The notes beneath the pieces are model-generated. The model did no database searches. It saw only the letters and a program-made list of their open reading frames with translations, and had not been told where the DNA came from. From a virus, in the IMG/VR virus record IMGVR_UViG_3300043409_001462, positions 64,001-128,000 of that record: DNA of 64,000 nt; one strand, 5' to 3'. Below, piece by piece: positions 10,355 through 21,377 of the stretch. The translations under genes and the position numbers were made by a program. Positions within the stretch are counted from its first letter, which is position 1, and every line of letters begins with the position of its first letter.

Positions 10355-11196
10355 TGTTCAATCAAGGTTTTTATTTCGCGTCAATACGTAAATACGTTAC
10401 ACTATTCGGTACGCTTTTCGACGATATTAGTATTACTAGAACAGACAGCGCTGGTAATTTAAACGCTTTTATTAAAGTGCCAATTACATACAGTCCAAAA
10501 GAAAAGATGCTAGCACGTATTGGCAGCGATCCAGATCTCGATCGTCAAACAGCTGTTCCTACTCTGCCAATCATGGCGTTTGAAATGACAGACATTCGAT
10601 ATGATGGTACTAGAAAACTTAGCACTGTTAAAAAAATTGCAGTAGCTAAACCAGAAGACCCAGAAGTTTTAAAGTATCAGTTTGTACCAGTACCATATAA
10701 CATTGGTTTTAGACTTTATGTTATGGTAAAGAACGCTGAAGATGGCACTAAAATTATAGAACAAATTCTTCCATATTTTACTCCTGACTGGACAACTACT
10801 GTTCAGCTTATTCCAGAAATGGAAGTAACTATGGAAATACCATTAATTTTAAACGGTATTTCGCAGGATGATGTTTACGAAGGTAATTTTAAAGAACGTA
10901 GATCTTTAACATGGACTCTTGATTTTAATATGAAAGGGTATATTTTTGGACCAGTTAAAACAGGTAAAATTATCAAGTTTGCTAATAGTGTATTTTATAC
11001 ACCTCAAGGAGCTGATTATGGCGAACTTAGTAAATATGTTGGTAACTCTAGTCCTGTTGCGTTCTTACAAACTCAACCAGGATTGACTGTAGCTAATACG
11101 CCAACATCAAATGCTGCGCTATCAATCGATCCTCGTCTAATAACTGCTACTTCTGATTTTGGATATGTACAATTTAACACAAATGTGGAACCATGA
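10354..11196 (+). CDS. gp15: Tail sheath stabilizer gp15
   Basis: KVPITYSPKEK, VPYNI, IIEQILPYFTP motifs; synteny. Confidence 0.92.
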   Translation: MFNQGFYFASIRKYVTLFGTLFDDISITRTDSAGNLNAFIKVPITYSPKEKMLARIGSDPDLDRQTAVPTLPIMAFEMTDIRYDGTRKLSTVKKIAVAKPEDPEVLKYQFVPVPYNIGFRLYVMVKNAEDGTKIIEQILPYFTPDWTTTVQLIPEMEVTMEIPLILNGISQDDVYEGNFKERRSLTWTLDFNMKGYIFGPVKTGKIIKFANSVFYTPQGADYGELSKYVGNSSPVAFLQTQPGLTVANTPTSNAALSIDPRLITATSDFGYVQFNTNVEP

Positions 11197-11612
11197 CAAC
11201 TGGAAACAACAACCCAATATATAATGCTTTAAATTTATCTCCTATGTCCGACCCTGTAAAAGCTATAGTAGCTAAGGCGCATGATGATAGTGCTAGAAAC
11301 GATTTCGAAATGGCTCGTGGTAATATACACGAAGTTATTCAAAATGGCACATACGCAATAGAAAAGCTAGCACAGATAGCTGACTCTTCTCAACATCCAA
11401 GAGCTTTTGAAGTGCTTGCAAAATTAATGGATACTATGCTTCAGGCAAACAAAGATCTTATGGAGCTACAAAAACAAATTCGATCTATTAATGCAGCTGA
11501 CGCTCCTACTAATGAACAAGCACAACAAGTAACAAATAACCTTTTCGTTGGTTCTACAGCAGATCTTCAGAAAGTTATTGAGGAAATGAAAAATGGCGGA
11601 CCAAAGACGTAG
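11193..11612 (+). CDS. gp16: Terminase small subunit gp16
   Basis: HPRAFEV and NNLFVGSTADLQ motifs; precedes gp17. Confidence 0.9.
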   Translation: MTTGNNNPIYNALNLSPMSDPVKAIVAKAHDDSARNDFEMARGNIHEVIQNGTYAIEKLAQIADSSQHPRAFEVLAKLMDTMLQANKDLMELQKQIRSINAADAPTNEQAQQVTNNLFVGSTADLQKVIEEMKNGGPKT

Positions 11613-13233
11613 TGGTTATAATGGTAATTCGCTTTTAAAACGCACTAACCAATCAATTGAATGGACACCAGAATTAGTTTCTGAATACGTAAAGTGTTCG
11701 CAAGATCCAATTTACTTTACTGAAACATATATGAAAATTATCAACATCGATCGTGGTTTGGTAAGTTTCAAACTGTATGATTATCAGAGAGAAATGATTA
11801 AATCTTTTGCTGATAATCGATTCAACATTGTTGCCACCGCACGTCAGGCTGGTAAGTCGACTGTTACTTGCGCCTTTATCCTTTGGTATACTATATTCCA
11901 TCCAGAAAAAACTGTTGCTCTACTAGCTAACAAAGGCGAAACGGCTCGCGAAATTCTTCAGCGTATTCAGTTAGCATATCAGTATCTTCCAGCATGGCTT
12001 CAGCAAGGTGTCAAAGAGTTTAGAGCTGGTGCTATCGTTTTCGAAAATAACTCTCGTGTTATCGCAGCTGCTACAAGCTCTGACGCTATCCGTGGTTATT
12101 CTATCAACTTATTGTTTATCGACGAAGCAGCTTTCATCGAAAACTGGGATACGTTCTTTACTTCGGTTTATCCTACTATTTCATCTGGTAAAGAATCTAA
12201 AATTATTCTCGTTTCTACACCAAATGGTTTGAATCACTTCTATGCTATTTGGCAAAATGCTATCGAGAAAAGAAATAACTACCAACCTATAAAAGTATCG
12301 TATGAACGTGTTCCTGGTAGAGATGAAAAATGGAAAACAGACACTCTTTCATCTATGAACTTTAATGTTGAAAAATTCGAGCAAGAATACTGTGTTGAAT
12401 TTATGGGTAGCTCTGGCACGCTTATCGCTGGTTGGAAACTTAAAGAGTTAGTCCATCAAACACCGTTGAATAGCAAAGATGGTTTGTCTGTTTATTGTAA
12501 TCCAATTAAAGATCACAAATATGCAATTGTTGTTGACGTTTCTGAAGGTAGATCTTTAGACTATTCGGCGTTTCAGGTTATTGATGTCACACAAATGCCA
12601 TATCAACAAGCTTGTGTGTATAGAAACAATATGATTACGCCTTTAGATTATGGTGAAATCGTACATAAAGTAGCTATCAATTATAACAAAGCTCCTGTGT
12701 TAGTAGAAGTTAATAATATGGGCGCTCAGGTTAGCCATTCTCTTCATTATGATTTTGAATATGACAATATTCTATTCACAGAAAACAACGGTAGAAACGG
12801 TAAGAAAGTTAGTTCTGGTTATGGAACTGGAATTGATATGGGTGTAAGAACTACCGTTCCTGTTAAAGCAAATGGTTGCTCTCTGCTTAAACTATTGATC
12901 GAACAAAATCAGCTTATCATCAACGACTTCCATACTATCGAAGAACTTTCACGTTTCTCTCGTAAAGGGAAAAGTTATGAAGCTGAAGAGGGAGCTCATG
13001 ACGACCTTGTTATGGGCTTGGTGTTGTTTGGATGGCTATCTGAACAGCAATATTTTAAGGATTACACCGATATAAATACGCTTATGAGATTAAGAGATAA
13101 AACTGACGAAGAGATTATGAGTGATTTATCTCCCTTTGGATTTGTAGATGATGGTAGGGATGATTTTCAAGAAATTATAGACATGACGCCTCGTGGAAAT
13201 TGGATGTCAGAATTAAAAGATGAATATTTATAA
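11593..13233 (+). CDS. gp17: Terminase large subunit gp17
   Basis: YQ adenine motif, ARQAGKS Walker A, LFIDEAAF Walker B, STPNG, HDDLVM nuclease motif. Confidence 0.97.
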   Translation: MADQRRSGYNGNSLLKRTNQSIEWTPELVSEYVKCSQDPIYFTETYMKIINIDRGLVSFKLYDYQREMIKSFADNRFNIVATARQAGKSTVTCAFILWYTIFHPEKTVALLANKGETAREILQRIQLAYQYLPAWLQQGVKEFRAGAIVFENNSRVIAAATSSDAIRGYSINLLFIDEAAFIENWDTFFTSVYPTISSGKESKIILVSTPNGLNHFYAIWQNAIEKRNNYQPIKVSYERVPGRDEKWKTDTLSSMNFNVEKFEQEYCVEFMGSSGTLIAGWKLKELVHQTPLNSKDGLSVYCNPIKDHKYAIVVDVSEGRSLDYSAFQVIDVTQMPYQQACVYRNNMITPLDYGEIVHKVAINYNKAPVLVEVNNMGAQVSHSLHYDFEYDNILFTENNGRNGKKVSSGYGTGIDMGVRTTVPVKANGCSLLKLLIEQNQLIINDFHTIEELSRFSRKGKSYEAEEGAHDDLVMGLVLFGWLSEQQYFKDYTDINTLMRLRDKTDEEIMSDLSPFGFVDDGRDDFQEIIDMTPRGNWMSELKDEYL

Positions 13234-13236
13234 ATA
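13229..13236 (+). promoter_or_regulatory. T4-type late promoter TATAAATA (gp18)
   Basis: Exact consensus upstream of the sheath gene. Confidence 0.75.
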
Positions 13237-13284
13237 ATTCAAGAAAAAGAACACCTTATCTTTTTTCCACAGGAGGAGAATATC

Positions 13285-15357
13285 ATGCCATTTCAACTAA
13301 GTCCAGGCGTTAATGTTACCGAAATCGACCTAACAGGTATCGTTCCTGCAGTTGCCACTACTGATGGTGCAATTGCTGGCGTTTTTAATTGGGGTCCAGT
13401 CGGTACTAGACAATTAATTGATACAGAAACAAAGTTGGTAGATACGTTTGGTAAACCAAACTCAAACAACTATGAAACTTGGTTCACCAGTTCTAATTTC
13501 CTTTCTTATGGAAATCGCCTTTATGTAACTCGTGTTGCAAACACAACAAATAATGACACTGGTACAATTTCAGCTATCGCTAATTCAGCTTCAGTTTCAA
13601 ACGTAGCTGCTCAAACAGTTAAGAACGTAGCTGATTTCGAAGGTAAAACTTTTGATCCTAACGTATTGTATGTTGCAAGATATCCAGGCGCTCTTGGTAA
13701 CTCATTGAAGATTAGTGTTTGCGATAGCTCTTCGTCTTTCTCTTCATCACTTAAGATGTCTGGGTTAGCTGCAACAGAAGCTTTAGACGTTTCAGCTAAT
13801 CTTGCTGTTGGTATTGGTCAAAGTTATGCAAATCTTAATGTTACACCAGGTTCTGGTGGTAGTGCTATCAACTGTAACACTTACATTACTAATTTGCTTG
13901 CTAACGTTTCTATCGGCGATTACCTTTCAGTAGGTAATACAACTATCGGCAATCAGAATCTTCGTGTTACTAGCATTGGCGCTATTGTTGCAAATTCTAC
14001 TGGCGCATTCGCTACTATTGGTTTAGATACAAACTATCGTCTTGCAACAGCATTCACTACAAATACTACTGTAAATAGCACCGTTACTCGTTCTTGGGAA
14101 GGTAGTATCGCTGTTGGTAATGCTCCTGTAGTTTCTGATTATCAGGCTCAGTTCGGTAACACAGCAGCTGTAGACAGTATTCACGTTATTATCACTGACG
14201 AAAATGGCGCTTTCACTGGAATTCCAGGAACTATTCTAGAAACATTCAATGGTCTTTCACGTTCATCAGATGCTAAGACAGTTGGTGGTCAGGCAAATTT
14301 TTACAAGACAGTTATTAACCAGACATCAAAGTATATTTGGGCTGTTAATGATCGTTCTGGCGCTGTTTCAAATACAGCTACTTCGCTAGTTACATCTACA
14401 AACAAAACACCAGGTTCTTATACATTCACTGGTGGTAAAGATGGCGCCAGCGAACAGGCTATCCCACTAGGTATTTTAGCTAACGGTTATGATCTTTATA
14501 AGTCAGCTGAAGATGTTGATATTTCTCTTATCCTTCAGGGTAAAGCAAGAGGAACTATCGGTACTCACGAACTAGCAAATTATCTAATCGACAACATTTG
14601 CGAACCTCGTAAGGATTGTATCGCTCTTATTTCACCAGATGACAGCGTAGTAACTGGTAATGCTGGAAACGAAGCAGTTAAGCTTGTTGAATGGAGAAAT
14701 TCAGTTCATGACAGTTCTTATGCTGTAATGGATTCTGGTTACAAGTATCAGTACGATCGTTATAACGACGTGTATCGTTGGATTCCATGTAATGGTGACA
14801 TTGCTGGTCTATGCGTACGCACTGACAATAGCCGCGATCCATGGTGGTCACCAGCTGGTTTCAATCGTGGTCAGATCAAGAACCTTGTTAAGCTTCGTTG
14901 GAATCCAAGACAGGCTGATCGCGATATCCTTTATAAGAGCGGAATCAACCCACTAGTATCATTCCCAGGTCAGGGCACAGTACTTTATGGTGATAAAACG
15001 CTTCAGTCTAAGCCATCAGCATTCGATAGAATCAACGTTCGTCGTTTGTTTATTGTTCTTGAGAAGGCAATTGCTACTGCTTCTAAGTTCTTCTTGTTTG
15101 AGTTCAATGATGAATTTACTCGCGCACAGTTTAAGAGCTTGATCACACCATATCTTCGTGACGTACAGGGTCGTCGTGGTATCACTGACTTCTTGGTAGT
15201 TTGCGACGGAACAAACAATACTGGTGAAAGAATTGATCGCAATGAGTTCTGGGGTGATATCTATATTAAGCCAGCACGTTCTATCAACTTCATTCAGTTG
15301 AACTTCGTTGCTGTAAGAACTGGTGTTCAATTCTCCGAAATCGTCGGCAAGTTTTAA
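13285..15357 (+). CDS. gp18: Tail sheath protein gp18
   Basis: LSPGVNVTEIDLT N-terminus; SPAGFNRG, FDRINVRRLF, IKPARSINFI motifs. Confidence 0.97.
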   Translation: MPFQLSPGVNVTEIDLTGIVPAVATTDGAIAGVFNWGPVGTRQLIDTETKLVDTFGKPNSNNYETWFTSSNFLSYGNRLYVTRVANTTNNDTGTISAIANSASVSNVAAQTVKNVADFEGKTFDPNVLYVARYPGALGNSLKISVCDSSSSFSSSLKMSGLAATEALDVSANLAVGIGQSYANLNVTPGSGGSAINCNTYITNLLANVSIGDYLSVGNTTIGNQNLRVTSIGAIVANSTGAFATIGLDTNYRLATAFTTNTTVNSTVTRSWEGSIAVGNAPVVSDYQAQFGNTAAVDSIHVIITDENGAFTGIPGTILETFNGLSRSSDAKTVGGQANFYKTVINQTSKYIWAVNDRSGAVSNTATSLVTSTNKTPGSYTFTGGKDGASEQAIPLGILANGYDLYKSAEDVDISLILQGKARGTIGTHELANYLIDNICEPRKDCIALISPDDSVVTGNAGNEAVKLVEWRNSVHDSSYAVMDSGYKYQYDRYNDVYRWIPCNGDIAGLCVRTDNSRDPWWSPAGFNRGQIKNLVKLRWNPRQADRDILYKSGINPLVSFPGQGTVLYGDKTLQSKPSAFDRINVRRLFIVLEKAIATASKFFLFEFNDEFTRAQFKSLITPYLRDVQGRRGITDFLVVCDGTNNTGERIDRNEFWGDIYIKPARSINFIQLNFVAVRTGVQFSEIVGKF

Positions 15358-15390
15358 TAAATACATTAAAATCCATTAAGGAGAAAAACA

Positions 15391-15987
15391 ATGGCATCAG
15401 GATTTAATATCAGTACCTTCAAGACAAGAGGTCTTACAATGGGCGGTGCTCGTCCTACACTTTTCGAAGTGTATTTGACACCGCCTCCAGGCATCGGAGT
15501 TGACCAGAATTCTCAGGACAAATTCCGTTTCACTTGTCGTGGAGCATCACTACCAGCTTCTACAATTCAGTCTATCGATGTTGGATACTTTGGTCGTAAG
15601 ATCAAGGTTCAGGGAGATAGAACATTCCAGGATTGGTCAGTAACAGTAATGAACGACGAGGATTTCCTTGTTCGTTCAATGTTTGAAAAGTGGTCAAACG
15701 CTCTTAACAGAATGGAATCAAACATTCGTGATCCTCAATTTGCTGAAGAAGAAAATTCTTACAAGGTTGACATGGATGTTATCCAGTACGGTAAGGACGG
15801 TTCGTTGATTCGTCAGTATACTATTATTGGCGGTTTCCCAACCGATATCTCTGAAATTCAGTTAGATTGGGATACAACTAACCAGATCGAAACATTCACT
15901 GTTAGATTTGCTTATGACTACTGGCTACCAACAGTTGAAGACGTTAACTCATACCTTAGCGATGCTGTTAGCCCTGTTTCAACTTAA
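15391..15987 (+). CDS. gp19: Tail tube protein gp19
   Basis: GGARPTLFEV, GDRTFQDW.VTVMNDEDF, FAYDYW motifs. Confidence 0.95.
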   Translation: MASGFNISTFKTRGLTMGGARPTLFEVYLTPPPGIGVDQNSQDKFRFTCRGASLPASTIQSIDVGYFGRKIKVQGDRTFQDWSVTVMNDEDFLVRSMFEKWSNALNRMESNIRDPQFAEEENSYKVDMDVIQYGKDGSLIRQYTIIGGFPTDISEIQLDWDTTNQIETFTVRFAYDYWLPTVEDVNSYLSDAVSPVST

Positions 15988-16029
15988 TCTATATAGTTAA
16001 TAGCCTCTTGGAATAGTTTTGTTATTTGG

Positions 16030-16057
16030 AGAGGGGCTGGACCTTAGCCCCTCTTTT
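16030..16057 (+). terminator. Stem-loop/terminator between gp19 and gp20
   Basis: AGAGGGGCT..AGCCCCTCT stem followed by T run. Confidence 0.6.
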
Positions 16058-16073
16058 ATTTGAAGGAAAAGAA

Positions 16074-17810
16074 ATGCAATTATTCGGTTTTGAATTTAAA
16101 CGTAAAATAGATTTAGATGTTTCGCCGTCTTTCACTCCAAAAGAGCAAGAAGACGGTGCAATAGTTATTGCAGCAGGTGGTAGTTTTGGCACTTACGTTG
16201 ATTTAGATGGTACAGTAAGAACAGAAGCAGAGTTAGTTACCAAGTACAGAGAAATGTCATTACATCCTGAAATTGATTCAGCTGTTGATGAAATAGTCAA
16301 TGAAATGGTAAGCTTAGATGAAAAAGATCTAGTAGAAATTAAACTAGATAACTTGCCTGCAGTACCTGAAACAATCAAAAAGAAAATTCGCGAAGAGTTC
16401 GAAAACTGTCTAACAATTCTTGATTTTCGTAAACACGCTTATGAAATTATGCGTCGTTGGTATATTGATGGTCGTTTATATTATCATGTTGTTATCGATG
16501 ATAAAGATACTAAAGCTGGTATTAAAGAAATTCGTTACGTTGATCCCCGTAAAATTCGTAAGATCCGTGAAATCGCCAAGCGTAGAGCTAAAGGTGGTGA
16601 TAATGGCGAAACAATAATTCCAAAAACACAAAATGAATATTTTATCTTTAACGATAAAGGTTTTAATTACGGTAACAAAATTACTGGACCTTCTACGACT
16701 GGTCTTCGTATAGCCAAAGATTCTATTCTTCATATTACTTCAGGATTGACAGACAATCAGGGAACTATGGTTCTCTCATATATGCACAAAGCAATCAAAT
16801 CATTGAACCAGTTGCGTACACTTGAAGACGCATTGGTTATCTATCGTCTAGCAAGAGCGCCAGAACGTCGTATTTGGTATATCGACGTTGGTAATCTTCC
16901 TAAGATGAAAGCAGAACAATATGTTCGCGATATCATGGTTAAGCATAAAAATCGTTTGATTTATGATGCTGACTCTGGTGCTATTCGCGACGACCGCAAA
17001 TTTATGACGATGCTAGAAGATTACTGGCTACCACGTCGTGAAGGTGGTAAAGGTACGGAGGTTACTACCTTACCTGGCGGTCAAACACTTGGACAAATGG
17101 ACGACGTTCTTTATTTCCAAAAGAAGTTGCTTCAAACTCTTAACGTACCAGTAAACAGACTTAACTCAGATGCATTGTTTTCTCTTGGACGTGCAACAGA
17201 AGTTAGTCGTGATGAATTGAAGTTCAGTCGTTTTATTAGTAGACTACGTGGTCGTTTTTCTCAGTTGTTCCTAAACATGCTAGAAAAACAAATTGTACTT
17301 AAACAAATTATGACTATTGAAGATTGGCATAATATTGCTGGCGAAATTCAGTTCGACTTTGCAAAGGATAACTATTTTAGTGAACTCAAGGATGGTGAAA
17401 TCCTTGACAACCGTATCAATCTTGCGCGTAACTTACAGGATATGCTTGGTAGATATTACTCGCATGAATGGCTACGTAAAAATATTCTTCAGCAGTCAGA
17501 TGATGACATTGAAGAAATGGATAAAGAGATCGAAGAAGAAAATAATTCAGAAGACCCACGTTGGATTAATCCATTAATTCAACAGAATGAAATGGGCGAA
17601 CAACAGATGGATATGCAGCAGCAAGAAATGGGTCAAAATGCAGCTGCAGGAGATGAAGATGTAGCTGTTGATCCTGAGCATGATAAAGAAGTTAAAAAAC
17701 AGCAAACAGCTCAGTCTCAACATTCTCTACTCAGCAAAAAGAAAAATAGAACACTCAGTGACGAAGCTAAATTGAAGTCAGCTTCTTTAATTATGTCTAA
17801 AAATAAATAG
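16074..17810 (+). CDS. gp20: Portal protein gp20
   Basis: LFGF start after GAAGGA; RAPERRIWYIDVGNLPK, EDYWLPRREGGKGTE motifs. Confidence 0.97.
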   Translation: MQLFGFEFKRKIDLDVSPSFTPKEQEDGAIVIAAGGSFGTYVDLDGTVRTEAELVTKYREMSLHPEIDSAVDEIVNEMVSLDEKDLVEIKLDNLPAVPETIKKKIREEFENCLTILDFRKHAYEIMRRWYIDGRLYYHVVIDDKDTKAGIKEIRYVDPRKIRKIREIAKRRAKGGDNGETIIPKTQNEYFIFNDKGFNYGNKITGPSTTGLRIAKDSILHITSGLTDNQGTMVLSYMHKAIKSLNQLRTLEDALVIYRLARAPERRIWYIDVGNLPKMKAEQYVRDIMVKHKNRLIYDADSGAIRDDRKFMTMLEDYWLPRREGGKGTEVTTLPGGQTLGQMDDVLYFQKKLLQTLNVPVNRLNSDALFSLGRATEVSRDELKFSRFISRLRGRFSQLFLNMLEKQIVLKQIMTIEDWHNIAGEIQFDFAKDNYFSELKDGEILDNRINLARNLQDMLGRYYSHEWLRKNILQQSDDDIEEMDKEIEEENNSEDPRWINPLIQQNEMGEQQMDMQQQEMGQNAAAGDEDVAVDPEHDKEVKKQQTAQSQHSLLSKKKNRTLSDEAKLKSASLIMSKNK

Positions 17811-17820
17811 GAGATAAGTA

Positions 17821-18009
17821 ATGGAACAAGATAATAAATACACATTGAAAGATTTAGTAATGTTCGGCGCTCAACAAAAGCCAGTAGATTTTAGTCAAAC
17901 ATTTGACGAATTAATGATAGATAAACTTCAAGCTGCTGTTGATGCTAGAAAATTAGAAATTGCGCAAACAATGTTTAATAGTGCGCCAGCAGATCAAGAA
18001 CAAGGGTAA
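17821..18009 (+). CDS. Small prohead core protein (gp67-like position)
   Basis: GGAG RBS; small acidic ORF right after portal. Confidence 0.55.
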   Translation: MEQDNKYTLKDLVMFGAQQKPVDFSQTFDELMIDKLQAAVDARKLEIAQTMFNSAPADQEQG

Positions 18010-18013
18010 TTAA

Positions 18014-19171
18014 ATGGCAAAGTATCTCAAGGAAGTTTTAAAAGGTGTTAAGTCAAGCACTAAGGTTACAAACGACCTTGGTGGATATAAGCCAAAGGCT
18101 GGTGACGAAGAAGATTTCGCAAAGAAGCATGAAATCGAAAAACATGCCGATCGTGTAGGCAACGGCGATGATGTATATAAGGGTACAACTAAGCATGTTC
18201 TTGCAAACACAAAAGAAAAGAACCATGGCTATAAGAAGCCAGAAGATGCTAAGGTAAACGAAGAACAAATTGACGAAGCTGGTATGCCTGCATCTGTTAT
18301 CAAAAGTAAGCAACATCGTGCTAATATGACTGATAAACAATTTGCTGATTCACATAAAGATAAATCTGATGCAGATCTAAGATCAATGGCTTGGCGTCAT
18401 GGTCATGGCAAACCAGGTACACCTGGTCATAACCATTATGTCAATAGACGCAATAAAGGTTTAAAAGAAGAAGTTCAAATCGACGAATTGTCAACTGATC
18501 TTTTGCATCGTGCAGCAAATAAAGCTGCTAAAAAAGCTATGACTGATGTTCAGGGTCGTTCTGGTCCTATTTTTAAAAAGCGAGCAGCACAGGCTAATAA
18601 GTTTCGCGATAAAGGTATGGCACAGGAAAAGAAAGAAAAAGCTGTTAAAGAAGAAACTATTGACGAAGCATCAATGAAACAAAAACAGCACACTAACAGA
18701 GTAAAAACAATGCCTGGTAAAAAAGGCGCTGTGATGGGTGCAACTTCTAATTTCGAAGCTCCATTCCATAAGGTCCATGCTACAATTTCAAAAAGTGGTG
18801 GATCTAAAGAAGTAGTAAAGCACGAAATTAAAGCTAAAGACAAGCATGATGCAATTTTTAATGTTCAAATGATGCACCACAAGGCTGGTCATAAAGTACA
18901 CGATACAAAGTATAAAGGTACTGTCAAGGAAGAAGCAGAACAAATCGATGAGCTTTCAAAAAAAACTCTTGGTAATTACGCTCATGCAGGAGTAAGAGAT
19001 ATCGCTTCTCGTCAGTACGCTCTCGGTAAGGGTGACAAATCTAATACAGGCAAACTTATGAATCGTCGTAAGGGCGTTGATAAAGCAATCAGTAAGCTTA
19101 CTAAAGAATCTGAAACACCAATTACGTTTCCAAATAAGCAATCAAATAACGCAGTAGGACAAAACGTATGA
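18014..19171 (+). CDS. Putative internal head/prohead core polyprotein
   Basis: Basic modules separated by four EE..IDE motifs; lies between portal and protease. Confidence 0.55.
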   Translation: MAKYLKEVLKGVKSSTKVTNDLGGYKPKAGDEEDFAKKHEIEKHADRVGNGDDVYKGTTKHVLANTKEKNHGYKKPEDAKVNEEQIDEAGMPASVIKSKQHRANMTDKQFADSHKDKSDADLRSMAWRHGHGKPGTPGHNHYVNRRNKGLKEEVQIDELSTDLLHRAANKAAKKAMTDVQGRSGPIFKKRAAQANKFRDKGMAQEKKEKAVKEETIDEASMKQKQHTNRVKTMPGKKGAVMGATSNFEAPFHKVHATISKSGGSKEVVKHEIKAKDKHDAIFNVQMMHHKAGHKVHDTKYKGTVKEEAEQIDELSKKTLGNYAHAGVRDIASRQYALGKGDKSNTGKLMNRRKGVDKAISKLTKESETPITFPNKQSNNAVGQNV

Positions 19172-19446
19172 GCGCGATCGTTAAACCACTCGGAACAGAA
19201 TCTGTTTGTAATACAACAACTTTTAGTTCTTATAGCAACAGTACATTAGTAAAAATATCACACGCTTCTGCTATTACAACTTTAGCTTTAATTACTTGTA
19301 AAGATTCTACAAACACTACTACTAAATGGACAACTTCTGTTATTGGTGGTGAAACAATAATTTTAGAAAAAGGCGCAACAGATATTTTAACTTCGAATAA
19401 CACAGCTGCTACGTTAGTAGCTGTTCCTGTTGCGTATAAAAATTAA
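19168..19446 (+). CDS. Hypothetical virion protein
   Basis: ATGA overlap with upstream ORF; in head module. Confidence 0.55.
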   Translation: MSAIVKPLGTESVCNTTTFSSYSNSTLVKISHASAITTLALITCKDSTNTTTKWTTSVIGGETIILEKGATDILTSNNTAATLVAVPVAYKN

Positions 19447-19455
19447 GGTAATCAA

Positions 19456-20133
19456 ATGAAGCTAATTACAGAACTAGTAGAACAAGTAGAATATATTACT
19501 GAAGCCAAAGAATCTGGTGAAAAGCAGCATTATATTCATGGCATTTTTCTACAGGCTGATAGAAAAAATAGAAATGGTCGTATCTATGAAATGAATATTC
19601 TAGAGCCAGAAGTTAATCGTTATATTGCTGAAACTATTAAACATAACAGAGCTTATGGTGAACTAGGTCATCCTGATGGCCCAGCTATCAATCTAGATAG
19701 AGTATCACATATTATTACAGAATTAACTCGTGATGGAAGTAATTTTATTGGTAAAGCTAAACTTACTAATACACCAATGGGTAATATTGCAAGAGGTCTT
19801 TTAGAATCTGGAGCTAATCTTGGTGTATCTTCTCGTGCTTTAGGATCTCTTCAGCCAGATAATAAAACTGGCGCTATGATGGTCCAATCTGATCTTCGAC
19901 TTGCTACTGCAGCTGATATCGTTGCAGATCCTTCTGCGCCAGATGCTTTTGTTAAAGGTATCATGGAAAACGTAGAATGGATTTATGATTCTGTTAAGGA
20001 CACTTGGCGCGAAGAGAAGCTTGATAATATCAAGAAACAAATTCATACTATGTCTAAAAGAGAAATAGAAGAGCAGAGACTTGCTATTTTCGAGAACTAC
20101 GTTAGCTCTTTAGCTTTTAAAATCAATAAATAA
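19456..20133 (+). CDS. gp21: Prohead protease gp21
   Basis: GELGHP, LGVSSR.LGSL, DIVADPSAPDAFV motifs. Confidence 0.96.
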   Translation: MKLITELVEQVEYITEAKESGEKQHYIHGIFLQADRKNRNGRIYEMNILEPEVNRYIAETIKHNRAYGELGHPDGPAINLDRVSHIITELTRDGSNFIGKAKLTNTPMGNIARGLLESGANLGVSSRALGSLQPDNKTGAMMVQSDLRLATAADIVADPSAPDAFVKGIMENVEWIYDSVKDTWREEKLDNIKKQIHTMSKREIEEQRLAIFENYVSSLAFKINK

Positions 20134-20167
20134 TAAATAATTCTAAATTCCACAGGGAGACCTTACG

Positions 20168-21373
20168 ATGTCAATTAAAAAGTTTCAAATGAAAGACCTT
20201 CTAGAGCAGGTTGCTACCAACGAAGCTAAGAAGAATGCAGTCAACGAAGAAGAAATCGTTGAGGAAGAAGTTGAAGAAGAAGTAGTTCTAGAAGCTGAAG
20301 ATGCTGAAGAAGATGAATCAGAAACTGATTACGAAGAAGATCAGGAAGATGAAATTGAAGAAGAAACTACTGCAGCTGCTTCTCTTAAGCCAGGTGCTAA
20401 TTCAGTTGACGATCCTAAGTCCAAAATTGGTATGATTGCTAATATGATTGGTGCTATGCAGTCAATGGGTAAAGAAGATCTTGTTAAGTGGTTCGATCAG
20501 ACCATGTCTCTTTACGGTCCAGGTAAGGATTGGGGCGTAGGCGATAAGTCTGGTTCTAATCAGTCTTCAATTGACATGAGTCCTTCAGCAGCTTCATCTG
20601 CAACTGGTCCAAAAACTAGAGACGGTATGCCAAAGCTTTCTGTCAAGGAAGACGTTGAAGAAATGTTTGCTGGCTCTGATCTTTCAGAAGAATTTAAATC
20701 AAATGCAGCAACACTATTTGAAGCAGCTGTACATGCTCGTACAATTGTTGAAATTGCTCGTCTTGAAGAAGAATACGAAGCAGCTTTTGCTGAATCTGTA
20801 GAAGAAATTACAGAAGAACTTACATCTAAGCTCGACTCGTATCTTGAATATGTAACTGAGCAGTGGATGGAAGATAACGAAGTTGCTATTGAGTCAACAC
20901 TTCGTAACGAATTAATGGAAGAATTTATTGGTGGTCTAAAGGGTCTATTTGCTGAACATTATATCGACGTTCCACAGGAAAAAATCGATGTAATCGAAGC
21001 TCTTGCTGAAAAGGTAGAAACACTTGAAGCAGCTCTTGACGAATCCATCAATGAAAATGTAGAGCTTAAGAGAAATATTGCAGAAGTAGAAAAGGATGAT
21101 ATCCTTGAAAGCCTATGCGATGGTCTTGCTCTTTCACAAGTAGAAAAGTTCAAGGCGCTTGCAGAAGGCATTGAATTTGACGGCGACCTAGAAACTTATG
21201 GCAATAAGCTAGTTTTTGTTAAAGAAAACTATTTCGGAGCTAAAAAGTCAGTAGTTTCTACTAATATCGAAGAAGAAACTTTTGAAGGCGAAACATCTTC
21301 AACTAACACAGTTTCTATCGATCCATCCGTTAATCGTTACGTTCAAGCAATTAACAGAAACATAAAGAAGTAA
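20168..21373 (+). CDS. gp22: Prohead scaffold protein gp22
   Basis: Highly acidic; LSEEFK..A.TLFEAAV, YLEYV.EQW motifs; between gp21 and gp23. Confidence 0.92.
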   Translation: MSIKKFQMKDLLEQVATNEAKKNAVNEEEIVEEEVEEEVVLEAEDAEEDESETDYEEDQEDEIEEETTAAASLKPGANSVDDPKSKIGMIANMIGAMQSMGKEDLVKWFDQTMSLYGPGKDWGVGDKSGSNQSSIDMSPSAASSATGPKTRDGMPKLSVKEDVEEMFAGSDLSEEFKSNAATLFEAAVHARTIVEIARLEEEYEAAFAESVEEITEELTSKLDSYLEYVTEQWMEDNEVAIESTLRNELMEEFIGGLKGLFAEHYIDVPQEKIDVIEALAEKVETLEAALDESINENVELKRNIAEVEKDDILESLCDGLALSQVEKFKALAEGIEFDGDLETYGNKLVFVKENYFGAKKSVVSTNIEEETFEGETSSTNTVSIDPSVNRYVQAINRNIKK

Positions 21374-21377
21374 TTTT

